Part shown: positions 12,960 through 24,103 of the stretch, piece after piece
Layout of the letters: each line of letters begins with the position of its first letter
Position numbering within the stretch: position 1 is the stretch's first letter
Source: Mobula birostris
Lineage: Eukaryota
Direction of reading: 5' to 3'
Assembly (NCBI RefSeq): GCF_030028105.1
Contig: NC_092378.1
Span: forward strand, 49,138,400 to 49,202,399
Length of the DNA: 64,000 bases
The notes under the pieces: generated by a model
The model's database searches: none
Told to the model about the DNA's origin: nothing
The model's input: only the letters and a program-made list of their open reading frames with translations
Program-made: the position numbers and the translations under genes

Positions 12960-13103
12960 ATAACACGCTGGAGGAACTCAGCAGGTCCGGCAGCATCCGT
13001 GGAAACGATCAGTCAACGTTTCCATGGATGCTGCCCGACCTGCTGAGTTCCTCCAGCGTGTTGTGTGTGTTGCTTTGACCCCAGCATCTGCATTTTGTGT
13101 TAG
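12960..13103. mobile_element. Short palindromic Penelope pLTR derivative inserted in the CR1 endonuclease
   Basis: 12-bp TSD aagtcatagttc at 12948-12959/13104-13115 (NYDF duplicated in the ORF track); inverted arms. Confidence 0.9.
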
Positions 13104-14530
13104 AAGTCATAGTTCCATGTATTGACCCACGCTCTAAGTTCATCCGCATTGTTTATGATACTCCTTGCATTAAAATAGACACATCTCAAACCACCAGGCT
13201 GAGTGCATCTTTGCTCTATTATCTGCCTATCCTCCCTCACAAATTCCCTACAAGCTGTCACTACTTGTGTGCCAGCTGCCCCATCCTCTACCTCTTCACT
13301 TCGGATCCCACCCCTCTGCAAATTTAAACCCTCCCCAATAGCATTAGCAAACCTCCCTCCCAGGTATTGGTTCCCCTCCAGTTCAGATGCAATCTGTTCC
13401 ATTTGTACAGGTCACCCCTTCCTTAGAAAAGGTTCCAGTGATCCAAGAACTTGAAACTCTGCCGCCTGCCCCATCTCCTCAGCCACTCATTCGCCTGCAC
13501 TATCTTCCTCTTCGTACCTTCCCGAGCTCGTTGCACCGAGAGTAACCCAGAGATTACCAACTTGGAGTTCCTACTCTTCAGCCTCCTTCCTAACTCCCTA
13601 AACTTACTGTGCAGGACCTCTACCCCTCTGCTGCCTATGTCATTGATACCAATATGTACCATGACCTCTGGCTGCTCACCCTCCCCTTCAAGAATATTCT
13701 GCAACTATTCAGAGACATCCTGGACACTCCCACTCGAGAGGCAACACAATACCTGGTGTCTCTTTTGCTGCCGCAGAATCCCATATCTGTCCCCCTACTA
13801 TTGAATCCCCATGACTATTGCTCAGCCTGACTTCACCCTACCCTTCAGAGACTCAGAGCTGAGCACAGAGCCATTGATCTGGCTGCTGCTGCCTTGCCCA
13901 GATAGGTCATGCCCCTCAGCAGTAGCCAAGGGGGTATACCTGTTACTGAGGGGAATGGCCGCAGGGACACCCCGCACCGACTTCTTTCTTACCTTGCACC
14001 TCTCAGTGTTCACCCACCTACTCCCCGAATTCAGCACTCTGGGTGTAACCACCTGCTCAAAAGTCCTATCTATAAATTGCACTGCCTCCCGGATGATCCT
14101 CAGCTCATCCATCTCCAGCTCCAGCTCCTTAATGTGGTTTAGCATGAGCTGGATTCGCTGCACTTCCCGTAGGTGTAGTCATCAGGGAGACTATCAGGTT
14201 CCATGAATTCCCACAGGAGGAACATTCGACTGCCGTACCTGCCATCCTGCTGGCACTGTACCATGGGCAACCAAGACCAAATCAGCAATAACAAAAGGAA
14301 AAACCTACCATTCTTACCTGTTCCTTTGGCCTCAGCATCTTCTCGTCGAAGCTCTGGAGTCAAACATCCAAGTTCCCACTCCAACGATAGCCCCCACTCT
14401 GCTAGACCCTATCTCTCTTTTATGGTTTAAATAAGAAACAAGAAAAGCCCGCATGCAAGGAGAAAGAAATCATTGCATTTGGTGCTGCTCTGCCTGCCTT
14501 CTGCTGCGGCCGATGCCTCAGCTGTGAATA

Positions 14531-14850
14531 GGGGAGAAAGATAGCTCTGATCTCAAACCTTTGTTGTGTTGTGTTATTTATGGAGAAGGCTTCGAGAGTA
14601 AACCCTGAGGGAAAATCTGGAGCTGGAGTCCCTAAGGCAGTCCTACATTGAGTTCAACACTGACTGGCAATTCCAGCAACGCCGCTGGTGCCAGACTGTA
14701 TCAGCTCCTCCTATTCCTTTAGATTCATCAGCTGGGTGGAGAGGGGGAGCCTGTGGCATGGGCAAGAGCTTGCTCTCCATATCGTACTGCCCCGGCTCGC
14801 ATATCGGCTGAAACATAGATAGCTAGGATGCAAAATCCATGACCGGTGGA
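14531..14850 (+). mobile_element. RTE-like 5'UTR-derived element, 3' half
   Basis: ctctgatctcaaacct..gagtaaaccctgagggaaaatctggagctggagtcc. Confidence 0.5.
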
Positions 14851-14962
14851 GGACCTCTCTCTAAGTTGTGATTTTTAAAAAATAATTTAATGAACTGCTT
14901 TAGATGTACTACTGTGTGTCTCACAGATGTGTCAGCTCGTTGCAATATTTTTGCAGGTATGA

Positions 14963-15483
14963 CAGACATCCCACCCTACAAAAACTCATTTCAGGGAGGT
15001 AGCTCCATCAATTTGTGGGAGACTCCTTGAACTTCCAGGAGAGGTGGGATGTCTGCAATAGAGTAGCTCCTTAGCAGCTAGCCAGCTAGTTTAAATAACG
15101 TTGACTATGCTAATGAACGAACGACACCTGTTAAACTCACCTCAACATGTCTTTTACAGTCTTAACCCATCATGGGCAATAGAAAAGTCACTGTTGCAAA
15201 CAGTGCAGCGAGCAACACTGTCACTATTTTTGACCCCTATTAGGCAGGGGTACACTTTAGTGTAGTCTGGGGTGACGTACGTTTTATATTTTCTTTTTTT
15301 TGGAACACTCTGCCATGGTGCTCACTCTCTCTCTCTCTTTCACTCGCGCTCTCTCTTGCTCTCTTTCTGTCGCTCTAAAAAAAAAATCGATTTCCAGTAT
15401 ATTGTATATAACTTGCGGACATCAGGGAGCCACTATCAATATGCGGGAGACTGCCGGAACTTCCGGGAGAGGTGGGATGTCTG
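14963..15483. mobile_element. Non-autonomous DNA transposon (MITE), 13-bp TIR, 6-bp TSD, superfamily unassigned
   Basis: GTATGA-CAGACATCCCACC ... GGTGGGATGTCTG-GTATGA; the right end is also present internally, ending at 15055. Confidence 0.9.
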
Positions 15484-15699
15484 GTATGAATAGTTTGGTG
15501 ATAGTTTGTTACTTCAAATGTGCTATATGTATGTGAGTTGTTTCTGTCGATTACCATTACAGAAAATTCATCACGTGACTGTAATGTGTGTAATATATAT
15601 GTCAGGTTAACTGAGATCAAGTTCCATTCCTGGTACCCCCATTCACAATTGGGGTAACAGTAACAATGCTACAAATGACTACTTAATGGATTTGTGAAT

Positions 15700-16217
15700 T
15701 GGTGAGGCCTAGTGTTTGGGATTCCGTCATCAGTGAGTGCAGAGTTCGAGGCCTGGAGTTCGGTGATCAGTAGTTCCTGGGGTGGAAGCTGCGGATCAAG
15801 GCTGGAGGGCTGAATCAGGAGTCTTGAAGTCAAGGCTCAAAACTGGAGCCCTAGGTATGAGAATCTCTGTGGGTAGTCAAAGGCCCAATATCTGCAAAAC
15901 CATGTATGAATCTGCTTCTGAATCTGGGTCTGCTGGAGGCTGGAGGCTAAAGAATACTGTCATGAAGTTAAAGCACTGTGCATGTGCATGGGTAAGAAGG
16001 AGGAATAGGGCCTTGTTTTGCTATTTTTCTGTTGTTTTGTTGAGTTCTGTGTTGTTCTGTCAAGCATTGTGGGCATGCTGTGTTGGCGCCGGAATGTGTG
16101 GCTACACTTGCGGGCTGCCCCCAGCATATCCTTGAGTGCGTGTGTTGGTTGTTAAAGCAAATGACATATTCCACTGTATGCTTCAATGTACACAAGATAA
16201 ATAAACTTGAATCTTGT
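15700..16217 (+). mobile_element. Non-autonomous retroelement family B (related copies ~34005-34440 -, ~39435-40090 -, ~60500-60825 +)
   Basis: Shared gtgcatgggt..ggaat.gggc.tgttttgct..gttct block; tail aataaacttgaatcttg; 3' part shared with the V-SINE tails. Confidence 0.7.
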
Positions 16218-16738
16218 TCGTTTAAGCACCACACTCCATACAGAAACCCAGCCATGCTATTCTGTTAACTTCGTAGCTGAAGATCATGACCTTTGGCTGA
16301 GGGTCACAAACAGCATGAAACAATATGTTACTCTCCTTTAAGCCTTGGAAAGGCAGCATAGGTGTTTCCTGCCAAAATATTCAAAGTGGCAGAAGGATGT
16401 GTCTGGGAATCAAGAAACTAATTCCTTCGTGTTTTTCAGATACCACTTGGGGCAGCAGGCAACCACGTTCGATGTCAAAGTTGAGTTTATTGTCATGTGC
16501 GCAAGTTTTTGTATGCAATGAAATACTTACTTGCTGCCACATCACGGGCATAGAGCATCAGTAACAGTCGGCAGCAGAGAAACACAATGATATATTACAA
16601 ACACAAGTGATTCTGCAGATGCTGGAACTCCAGAGCAAATGACACAGGCTGCTGGAGGAGCTCGGCTGGTCAGACAGCATCTGTGGAGAAGATGAACAGT
16701 ACACAGCTGTTGCAAGAAAGAAGTAAAGTTCTGTGTGG

Positions 16739-17010
16739 AAGAGATCGTGTCTCACCGCATTGGCCAAGCTTTGTCGCAACGCCTGTTCATTTGGCACAGT
16801 CTGACTCCTGATGGGCATGGCGTGTTGACCTTGATCATTTCCTGACTGGGCTAGTTCACCCCTCTCGACAAGCTGCTGATCCCAGATTCCTCTGGGGGCA
16901 TCATATCGCTGCCCAATTTAGTAAGGACACCAATTGGCAATTCTGGCCCAGAACTCCCGGCCTCAGACCTCCAAGCAGCCGGATTACTGTCACATGCCAC
17001 CACTGAGCCT
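16739..17010 (-). pseudogene. 7SL (SRP) RNA-derived sequence, full length, highly divergent, with two small deletions
   Basis: Reverse complement is collinear with 7SL: ggtggcatgtgacagtaatcc..ggaggtctgagg, ggagttctgggc, ggtgtccttactaa, gatatg, gaggggtgaactagcccag..ggaaa..aggtcaa, catcaggagt, tgagacacgatctctt; no T4 terminator or poly(A). Confidence 0.85.
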
Positions 17011-17619
17011 GCGCAGTCGGCGGTGGTGAGCTAAGTGCTGAACATGAAACACTGATGGAGATTCTGGAGAAGGACTTCAACAGGTTTTGCAACAGAGCTG
17101 TGGGAGCTGAACCCATGGTGTAAACTGCTGATTTGGCTGCCCAGTATGATACCCAATTTAAAGCCGTACTTTGGGTGGGATATTGTGATTTCTCTTTACT
17201 GAGTTACTCTATTAATTATAGAATATCACTCTTGGGGCAAGTTTAATAATTCCAACTCAGTCAGAATAATACATCACTCTGAGGAACTTGCCACAGCGTT
17301 CACCGTTCAAGCAGAGTGCAGTTCTTGCTTAATTAGCAGAGCAGGGCTAAGTGAAGCACTGCTTATTTGAGAGCCCGAAGGATGGAGGATCTGGAGTAAA
17401 TTAAATCATTTTTCTTCACAGCTTGTATAATACTCTGTATGTGCCCATGTATAATATTGGTCTGGAGAATTAACGGTATAAGAGGGCTTCAACTACTCTT
17501 TAGTTATAGAACAATTCAACTGGCTGTTTTATTCTTTACTCTGATTTCTCTTCCATTGATTTCCAGTACTGCATTACTTGCGTTGCAGAGCTATCAAAGA
17601 GAGTTTTCAGTTCATTGTT

Positions 17620-18160
17620 TCAATGGCAATGCCCAAAAGGAAGAACAATCTCACCGAGCTGTCGCCTCTCCTCGTGCCATTCAGCCTCTGCATATGGTAA
17701 AGTGCTCCCCACCTCTGAGCATACCTACAAGGAGCACTGCCACAAGAAAGAGGCATCCATCATCCGGGCCATGTTCTCATCTTGCTGCTGCTGTCGGGAA
17801 GGACGTACAGGAGCCTTGCCCAAGTTCAGGAACAATTATTATCCTATTAACATCAGGCTCCTGAACCGGCATGGATAACTTCATTCACCACTACTCTACA
17901 CGGATTCCACAACCTACGGACTCACTTTCAAGGATTCTTTAACTCATGTTCTTAATATTTATTATTACTTATTTATTTGGTTTATTTTATGTTTGCACAT
18001 TTTGTCTTCTTTTACACATCGGTTGTTTGTGTGTAATTTTCATTCATTCAATTGTGTTTCTTTGTACCTTCTGTGAATGCCCACTTGACAATAAATCTCA
18101 GGGTAGTATATGGTGACATGTACGTATTTTGATAATAAATCTACTTTGAATTTTGAACTT
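17620..18160 (+). mobile_element. Rex1/Babar 3' fragment
   Basis: EHTYKEHCHKKEASII; tail ttgataataaatctactttgaattttgaact. Confidence 0.8.
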
Positions 18161-19176
18161 TCAGGCTTACACTGCCTTCACCAAATACTCACTGTTCACG
18201 TCCAGAAAGAACCACACTTTTGCTTTTTGAATAAAGTGTCCAACAGTAGAAACAATACCTCAAACATCGACTATCCTGCCCCAAAACATCTCTCATCCTC
18301 AAGCAAGTAAACTACTAGAAATAAGCACAAATTATTACCCTCAGTGTAAGTGCCACACTGTATAAAGTGCTTGCAACTACACCGATCTGAAAACAGATTA
18401 TGATCTTCCTCCTTAACTAATTTTCAGTGGAGCAAAGTTCAAAGAGCATTTCTTATCAAAGTCTGCATACATTGCACAACCCTGAGATTTGTCTCCTTAC
18501 CGGCAGCCACGAAACAAGGAAACCCAAAAGAACCCATTAAAAAATTACCATCAAGCACCCAAAGTGCAGAGAGAGAAAAAGAACAAATCATGCAAAGAAT
18601 AACCTCAAGCAAATAGCATTCCGATTATTTTACCTTCATCCCAAAATGTGAAGCTTTTGACTTGATCTTGTTTTCTCTGTGTTTCTTTTTTCTTTAATGT
18701 ATTGTTGTTGCTCTGCTGTTGTTTCATATACCAAAATATGGTGAAAGGCTTGTATTTCAACATTGAAAAGAAATTTGGATAGGTACAAGAATGGGAAAGG
18801 TATGGAGAGCCATGCAGGTCGATGGGATGAGTCAGCATAGTAGTTCAGCATGGAGTGGTCGAGCAAAGGGGCTGCATCTGTGCCGTGGTGCTCTGACTTT
18901 ATGACTCTATAACTAAATAGTTAGAACATGGGAGAACAAGAGAATAAGCCTGTTCCACCATTCACTTTGATTAATGGCTGATCTATGCTGACTTCAGCTC
19001 TTCTTTTCCATAATCCTCAATTCCCCAAATTTCAAAAATATTATTTACCTGCACCTTAAATACTTGTAACCATCCGATCTCCAGAATCCTCTGGGCTAGA
19101 GAACTGCTGAGATTCACCACCTTCTGTTAAACTTGACATGAAGACAAATGAATCAGTCAAATTTCTTTCTTGCAAG

Positions 19177-19185
19177 AACCGAAAT
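19177..19185 (+). other. Candidate 9-nt microexon
   Basis: atttctttctTGCaag|AACCGAAAT|gtatgt. Confidence 0.3.
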
Positions 19186-20274
19186 GTATGTGGAGAATCT
19201 GGTGCTCTTTAGGCCGTCCCAATGATAAAACCAAGGCACAAATGCTCAGCAGCTTTCCAACTTCAAGCGGCATCGAGTCATGAATCTCCCATGGCACTAG
19301 AATGAATTGGAGTTGAAAAGGAAACTTGCTGCATTGCGTAAGTTGAATAATTGTTAACTTTTGTGTTGAAAGGATAGAAAGTTAGATCCAAGAGAATAAA
19401 ACTGGAATCATTTCCTTAAATTATTTCCTTAGAATGAATGTTGTCATTTATTTGTTTACTTCAAATTAATAAATTTGTAAAAGGACAAGGGACTCAACTA
19501 TATTTTTTTCTGTACTATGTCGACTTTGTTTCATTGAAAGGCAGAAATAACATATAACTGAAAATAAAAGCAAACTTGTGCTTCTCAGTTAGCTCTGACA
19601 AAACCAGTCATTAATAAACAAAATGAAGTGCTGGACATTTATTCAGAAATTCCTTTCAAACAAATAATATAAATCATTGCCTTTTTTTTTGTTGTAGTGC
19701 AGTAGTTTCTCTTATACAGAAGGAGGCCACACTACCTGCTAAGTCAATGCTGGCTCTCTGTAGAGTAATCCAGTCAATCCTATTTCCCTACCTAATTCTC
19801 AAAGCCATGAAATCTTATTTTGCTTTGCAATCATTGATCATTTTTTCTTCATTATATGCCTTGGGAAAGCAGCCGTCGTAATCAAACACCCCTCAACACA
19901 GTCATTCTTTCTTCTCCCCTTTCCCACTGGGCACTTTTTTGACAGCATGCCTCACCAGACTTGAGGACAGCTTCCGTCCTGTTATTATCAGACCCTGGCT
20001 CTTAAAAATGAACTCATACACTCCAATCTCTTAATGTACTTACCTTCCCCCATTGCATTTTCTCTCCAACACTGCATTCTGCATTCTGTATTTATTTTTA
20101 TTACTTTGAGGTGCTTGTGTCATGACCTGCGTGGATGGGATGCTAACGAACCTAACTCTAATACTTCCCCACCCCCACCCCCATACTTTCATCCAATCAC
20201 CTTCAATGTAAGCAACACACATAAAAGTTGCTGGTGAACGCAGCAGGCCAGGCAGCATCTCCAGGAAGAGGTAC

Positions 20275-20310
20275 AGTCAACGTTTCAGGCCGAGACCCTT
20301 CATCAGGACT
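20275..20310 (-). ncRNA. Minimal type-I hammerhead ribozyme motif, intact core
   Basis: AGUC-CUGAUGA-AGG(gucucgg)CCU-GAAA-C-GUU-GACU. Confidence 0.85.
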
Positions 20311-20357
20311 AACTGAAAGAAGAGCTAGTAAGAGATTTGAAAGCTCTTCCTTCAGTT

Positions 20358-20393
20358 AGTCCTGACGAAGGGTCTCGACCTGAAACGTTGACT
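20358..20393 (+). ncRNA. Minimal type-I hammerhead ribozyme motif, intact core
   Basis: AGUC-CUGACGA-AGG(gucucga)CCU-GAAA-C-GUU-GACU. Confidence 0.85.
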
Positions 20394-20506
20394 GTACCTC
20401 TTCCTGGAGATGCTGCCTGGCCTGCTGCGTTCACCAGCAACTTTTATGCGTTTTGCTTGAAATTCCAGCATCTGCAGATTTCCTCGTGTTTGCACCTTTA
20501 ATGTAA

Positions 20507-20562
20507 CTTCAGTGGCCACTTTATTAGATACCTCCAGTACCTAATAACATGGCTACTGAGTG
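20507..20562. mobile_element. ~56-bp TIR-spacer-TIR unit of the Tc1 family at 3606
   Basis: cagtggccactttattagatac-ctcca-gtacctaataacatggctactgagtg; homologous to 4120-4180. Confidence 0.75.
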
Positions 20563-20627
20563 TTTGTAATCTCCTCCATCAGTGATTCTGACCCTGTAGA
20601 TGTTCGCAAATTTAATGGCGCCCTTCA

Positions 20628-21115
20628 GAATCAGAATTAGAATCAAGTTCATTATCACTGACATACAGTGTACCATGAAATGTGTTGATTTGCAGCAGCA
20701 GTACAGTGCAATGTATATACTATAAGCTACACTAAGAAATATATTTAAAAATTAAGTAAGTAGTGCAATTAAAGAGCATGAAGTGAGGTAATATTCATGG
20801 TCCATTAAAAAATCTGGTGGCGGAGGGGAAGAAGCTGTTCCTAAAATGGTGAGCTTTTGCATTCAGGCTCTCATACCTCCTACCTGATGGCAGCAATGAG
20901 AAGAGTGTATGTTTTGGATGCTGAGAGCCCTTAATGATGGATTCTGCTTTCCTGAGGCACTAGCTTCTAAAGATGTCCTCAGTGGTGAGGTGCCTTGTGC
21001 CCATAATGGATCTGGCTGAGTTTACCCATGATGAAATGTAAGCACTGTTATGCCTTCTTCATAACTGCAACGATAAGTTGGGCTCAGGCAGGTTTTCAGA
21101 GATGTTGACACCCGG
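20628..21115 (-). mobile_element. Rex1/Babar 3' fragment
   Basis: cagaatcagaattagaatcaag tail; ggggaagaagctgttcc. Confidence 0.8.
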
Positions 21116-21159
21116 GATAGTTTGGCTTCTAGCTGCCGAAGCTTATGCTTCGGATTTCA

Positions 21160-21992
21160 TGGAACAGTACAGCACAGTACAGGCCCTTCAGCCCATGATG
21201 CTGTGCCTACCCTTTGGCCTACTCCAACATCAATACAATACATTGATTAATTTTTCTATCATCAATATGCCTGTTTAAGAGTCCCTAGACTGTTCCTAAC
21301 GTACCTGCCTCTACCACCAGCCCGGCAGTGCATTCTACCACTGTCTGTGAAAAAACCCTACATCTAATATCCACCCCCCCCCCACCATACTTCCCTCCAG
21401 TCACCTTCCTGTACTTAATAATGTGGCCACTGAGTGCATGTTCATGGTCTTCTGCTGCTGTAACCCATCCACTTCAATGTTTGATGTGCTGTGCGTTTAG
21501 AGATGCTCTTCTGCACACCACTGTTGTAATGCAGGATTATTTGAGGCACTGTCCCCTTCATATCAGCTTGAACCAGTCAGGCCGTTCTTCTCTGACCTCA
21601 TATCAATGAGGCACTTTCACCTACAGAACTACAGGTTTTATGTTTTGCTTTTCACACTATTCTCTGTCTCAAGAGGCTGTTTTACATGAAAACCCCAGGA
21701 GATCAGCAGTTTCTGAGATACTGAAACCACCTTCTCTGGCACCAACAGTCATTCCACACCCAAAGTCATTTTGATCAAATTTCTTCCCCATTCTGATGTT
21801 TGGTCTGAACAACAACTGAACCTCTTGACCATGACTGCATGCTTTTATGCACTGAGTTACTACCACATGATTAGATGATTAGATATTTGCATTAGTGAGC
21901 AGGTGTACAGGTGTACCTAATAAAGTGGCCACCGAGTATATGTCCTCTTGTATTAGGCATTTCTGCCCTGAGAAAAAGGCTCTGGCTGTCCC
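21160..21992 (-). mobile_element. CR1 3' fragment interrupted by a Tc1 element
   Basis: acagcacagtacaggcccttcagccca 3' end; resumes as tgtcctcttgtattaggcattt at ~21941. Confidence 0.75.
21408..21938 (-). mobile_element. Tc1/mariner deleted element (same family as 3606)
   Basis: ORF 21669-21866 MGKKFDQNDFGCGMTVGAREGGFSISETADLLGFS; TIR gtacctaataaagtggccac. Confidence 0.9.
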
Positions 21993-22546
21993 TCCCTACA
22001 TTTCTACCTTTCTTTCCCTTCAAGATTCCACTTAAAATTCATTTCTCTGGACAAGCTACAGGCCATCTGCTCAAATCATTCTTCGTGGCTTGGAGTTACA
22101 TTGAGCTATAATCGGTGAATCACCTTGCCAATGTTTTGTTGAATGGATGGGGCAACAGATATCTTGATTATTTCAAAAAAGAAGAAACCATAAGTTCACT
22201 TCACTGATTCTCAGAATTGATTTTTCTGGAGATATAATTTGTCACAGCTGATGATGGGCATGTCTGACATCAAGCCTTTATATGACAATGGTAAAGTCTT
22301 TTCAAGTTCACGGACAACTGATGATTGTTTTGAAAACTCCATGAATTCAAGCCCAGGCTTTTTTTTCAAAACCTCCAGGCTCATGAGAAAAATATGTTGT
22401 CCAGTACTTTAAACAGAGACAATTTCATATTTGTAATTTTAAGTAATTTTTTAAATTGTAGATTTACTAGGATACAAAGCATTTTAGATTTCAGTTTGCA
22501 TTTCCAATATTGTGTTTATTACTGCTTGAGATGGTTTAAAACAAAA

Positions 22547-22895
22547 CATCAGAATCAGAATCAGGTTTATTATCACTGGCGTACATGGTGAAATTTGTTA
22601 ACTTAGCAGCAGCAGTACAATCCAATACATGATAATATAGAAAAAACAAAAAAAAATGAGTTACAGTATATATATATATATATATATATTAAATAGTTCA
22701 ATTAAAAATAGTAGTGCAAAAAAAAGTGGGTTCAATGTCCATTTAGAAATCGGATGGCAGAGGGGAAGAAGCTGTTCCTGAATCGCTGAGTGTGTGCTTT
22801 CAGGCTTCTGTACCTCCTTCTTGACGGTAACAATGAGAAGGGGGCATGCACTGGGTGATGGGGTCCTTAATAATGGACACCAACTTTCTGAGACA
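22547..22895 (-). mobile_element. Rex1/Babar 3' fragment
   Basis: atcagaatcagaatcaggtttattatca tail; homologous to 786-1207. Confidence 0.85.
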
Positions 22896-23759
22896 TCATT
22901 ATATTTTAATCGCACCAAAATATTTGGCATTTTACATTACCTTGCCTTTTTAATAGCACATTTTTTTTGTTCTCGATCCTCAAACAGCTTTTGGCTAATA
23001 CATAAATAGAAGACTTTTTTACAATGTGCCTATTTTTTTTTGTTTCATTACTTGATTAGTTGATATTTTTATAAACTTGATACAAGCCGTGTAATGCAGT
23101 TGTTCCACATATAGTAATTTGTCCATCAAATAGTATTGAAGGGATCACAGACACAAAACTAATACCTTGGCTTCAATGCTTTGATGGTTGGCCTGAGGTT
23201 ATACCAATGTTAATGAGACTGTAGGAGAGTCAAATGAGTTAAGGAAGGATAATTTAAGAGAGTGCTAAATGGTTAGCATGGACTCAATGGGCCAAAGGGC
23301 TTGTTTCAGTGTTGTATCTCTCTGTGACTCTATATAGATTTCCATCAGGAATTCTGGAATCACAGCCAAGGACAACCTCTATAATGCAAATGATATTCTG
23401 TCATTATTTTAAGAACATACATTTATCTTCCTAATTTCTGCTAATAGTAGAGGACTGCTCATCAAAGACAGTAACTGTCTAGAAATTTCTAAATACCAAA
23501 ACAATGTGGATACGGCAGGACAATCAAATTCCAATATTACTTAAAGGCTAACAAAGACTTGCTAAAATGGGAAATGCATGTGGATGACATTACAGCAATA
23601 AATATCCTATTGAAAATCTTCCTCTACTTATCCAAAGTTCAAAAGAAAATGGGGCCTTAGTGTAACATCTTGTCCATCTGTACTTTAACCCTATGCCTTT
23701 CAGGGATGGCTCCAATGTAGTAGATGCTGTATTGGTGTCTAAGCTGGAAATAGGGTTAA

Positions 23760-24103
23760 AATGGTGGCATGGTAGTATAGCAGTTAGTGCAATCACTTTA
23801 TAGTGCAAGAAATCAACGATCGGTGTTCGATTCCTGCCACTGTCTGTAAGGAGTTTGTACGTTCTCCCCATGACCATGTGGGTTTCCTCCAGCTGCTCTG
23901 GTTTCCTCCCACATTCCAAAGATGCACAGTTAGGGTCAATGAGTTGTGGGGCTGCTACGGTTGGCAGCAAAAGCGTGGCGACACTTAGGGCTGCCCCCAG
24001 TACAATCCTCACTGATCTGATAAGACGCAAATGATGCATTTCATTATATATTTCAATGATTTGATGTACATGAGACAAATAAAGCTAATCTTTAATCTTT
24101 AAT
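23760..24103 (+). mobile_element. tRNA-derived V-SINE (HE1-like)
   Basis: B-box gttcgattcc; V-domain gttctcccc..gggtttcctcc..ggtttcctcccaca; (TAATCTT)n tail. Confidence 0.85.

Larger units (their letters stand above)
10168..14524 (-). mobile_element. Essentially full-length CR1 LINE (ORF1 Zn-finger/coiled-coil/esterase; ORF2 APE+RT), frameshifted
   Basis: (TTCTATG)n tail at 10168-10187; [35 protein letters not shown]; APE CVYFNARSI, GGGVAL, LDLVL, SDHNSI; ORF1 esterase PEVMVHIGINDIG; possible TSD tgaata 10162-10167/14525-14530. Confidence 0.95.
20212..20492. mobile_element. Young palindromic Penelope pLTR insertion (115-bp arms) carrying two hammerhead motifs
   Basis: Arms 20212-20326/20342-20456; 14-bp TSD caccttYaatgtaa at 20198-20211/20493-20506. 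Confidence 0.92.

Noticed and set aside
23760-23840. tRNA genes suggested by A/B boxes (also 27050-27118, 51760-51828)
   Set aside because: They continue into SINE bodies and do not form complete cloverleaves.
23590-24078. 162-aa minus ORF
   Set aside because: Antisense to a V-SINE.
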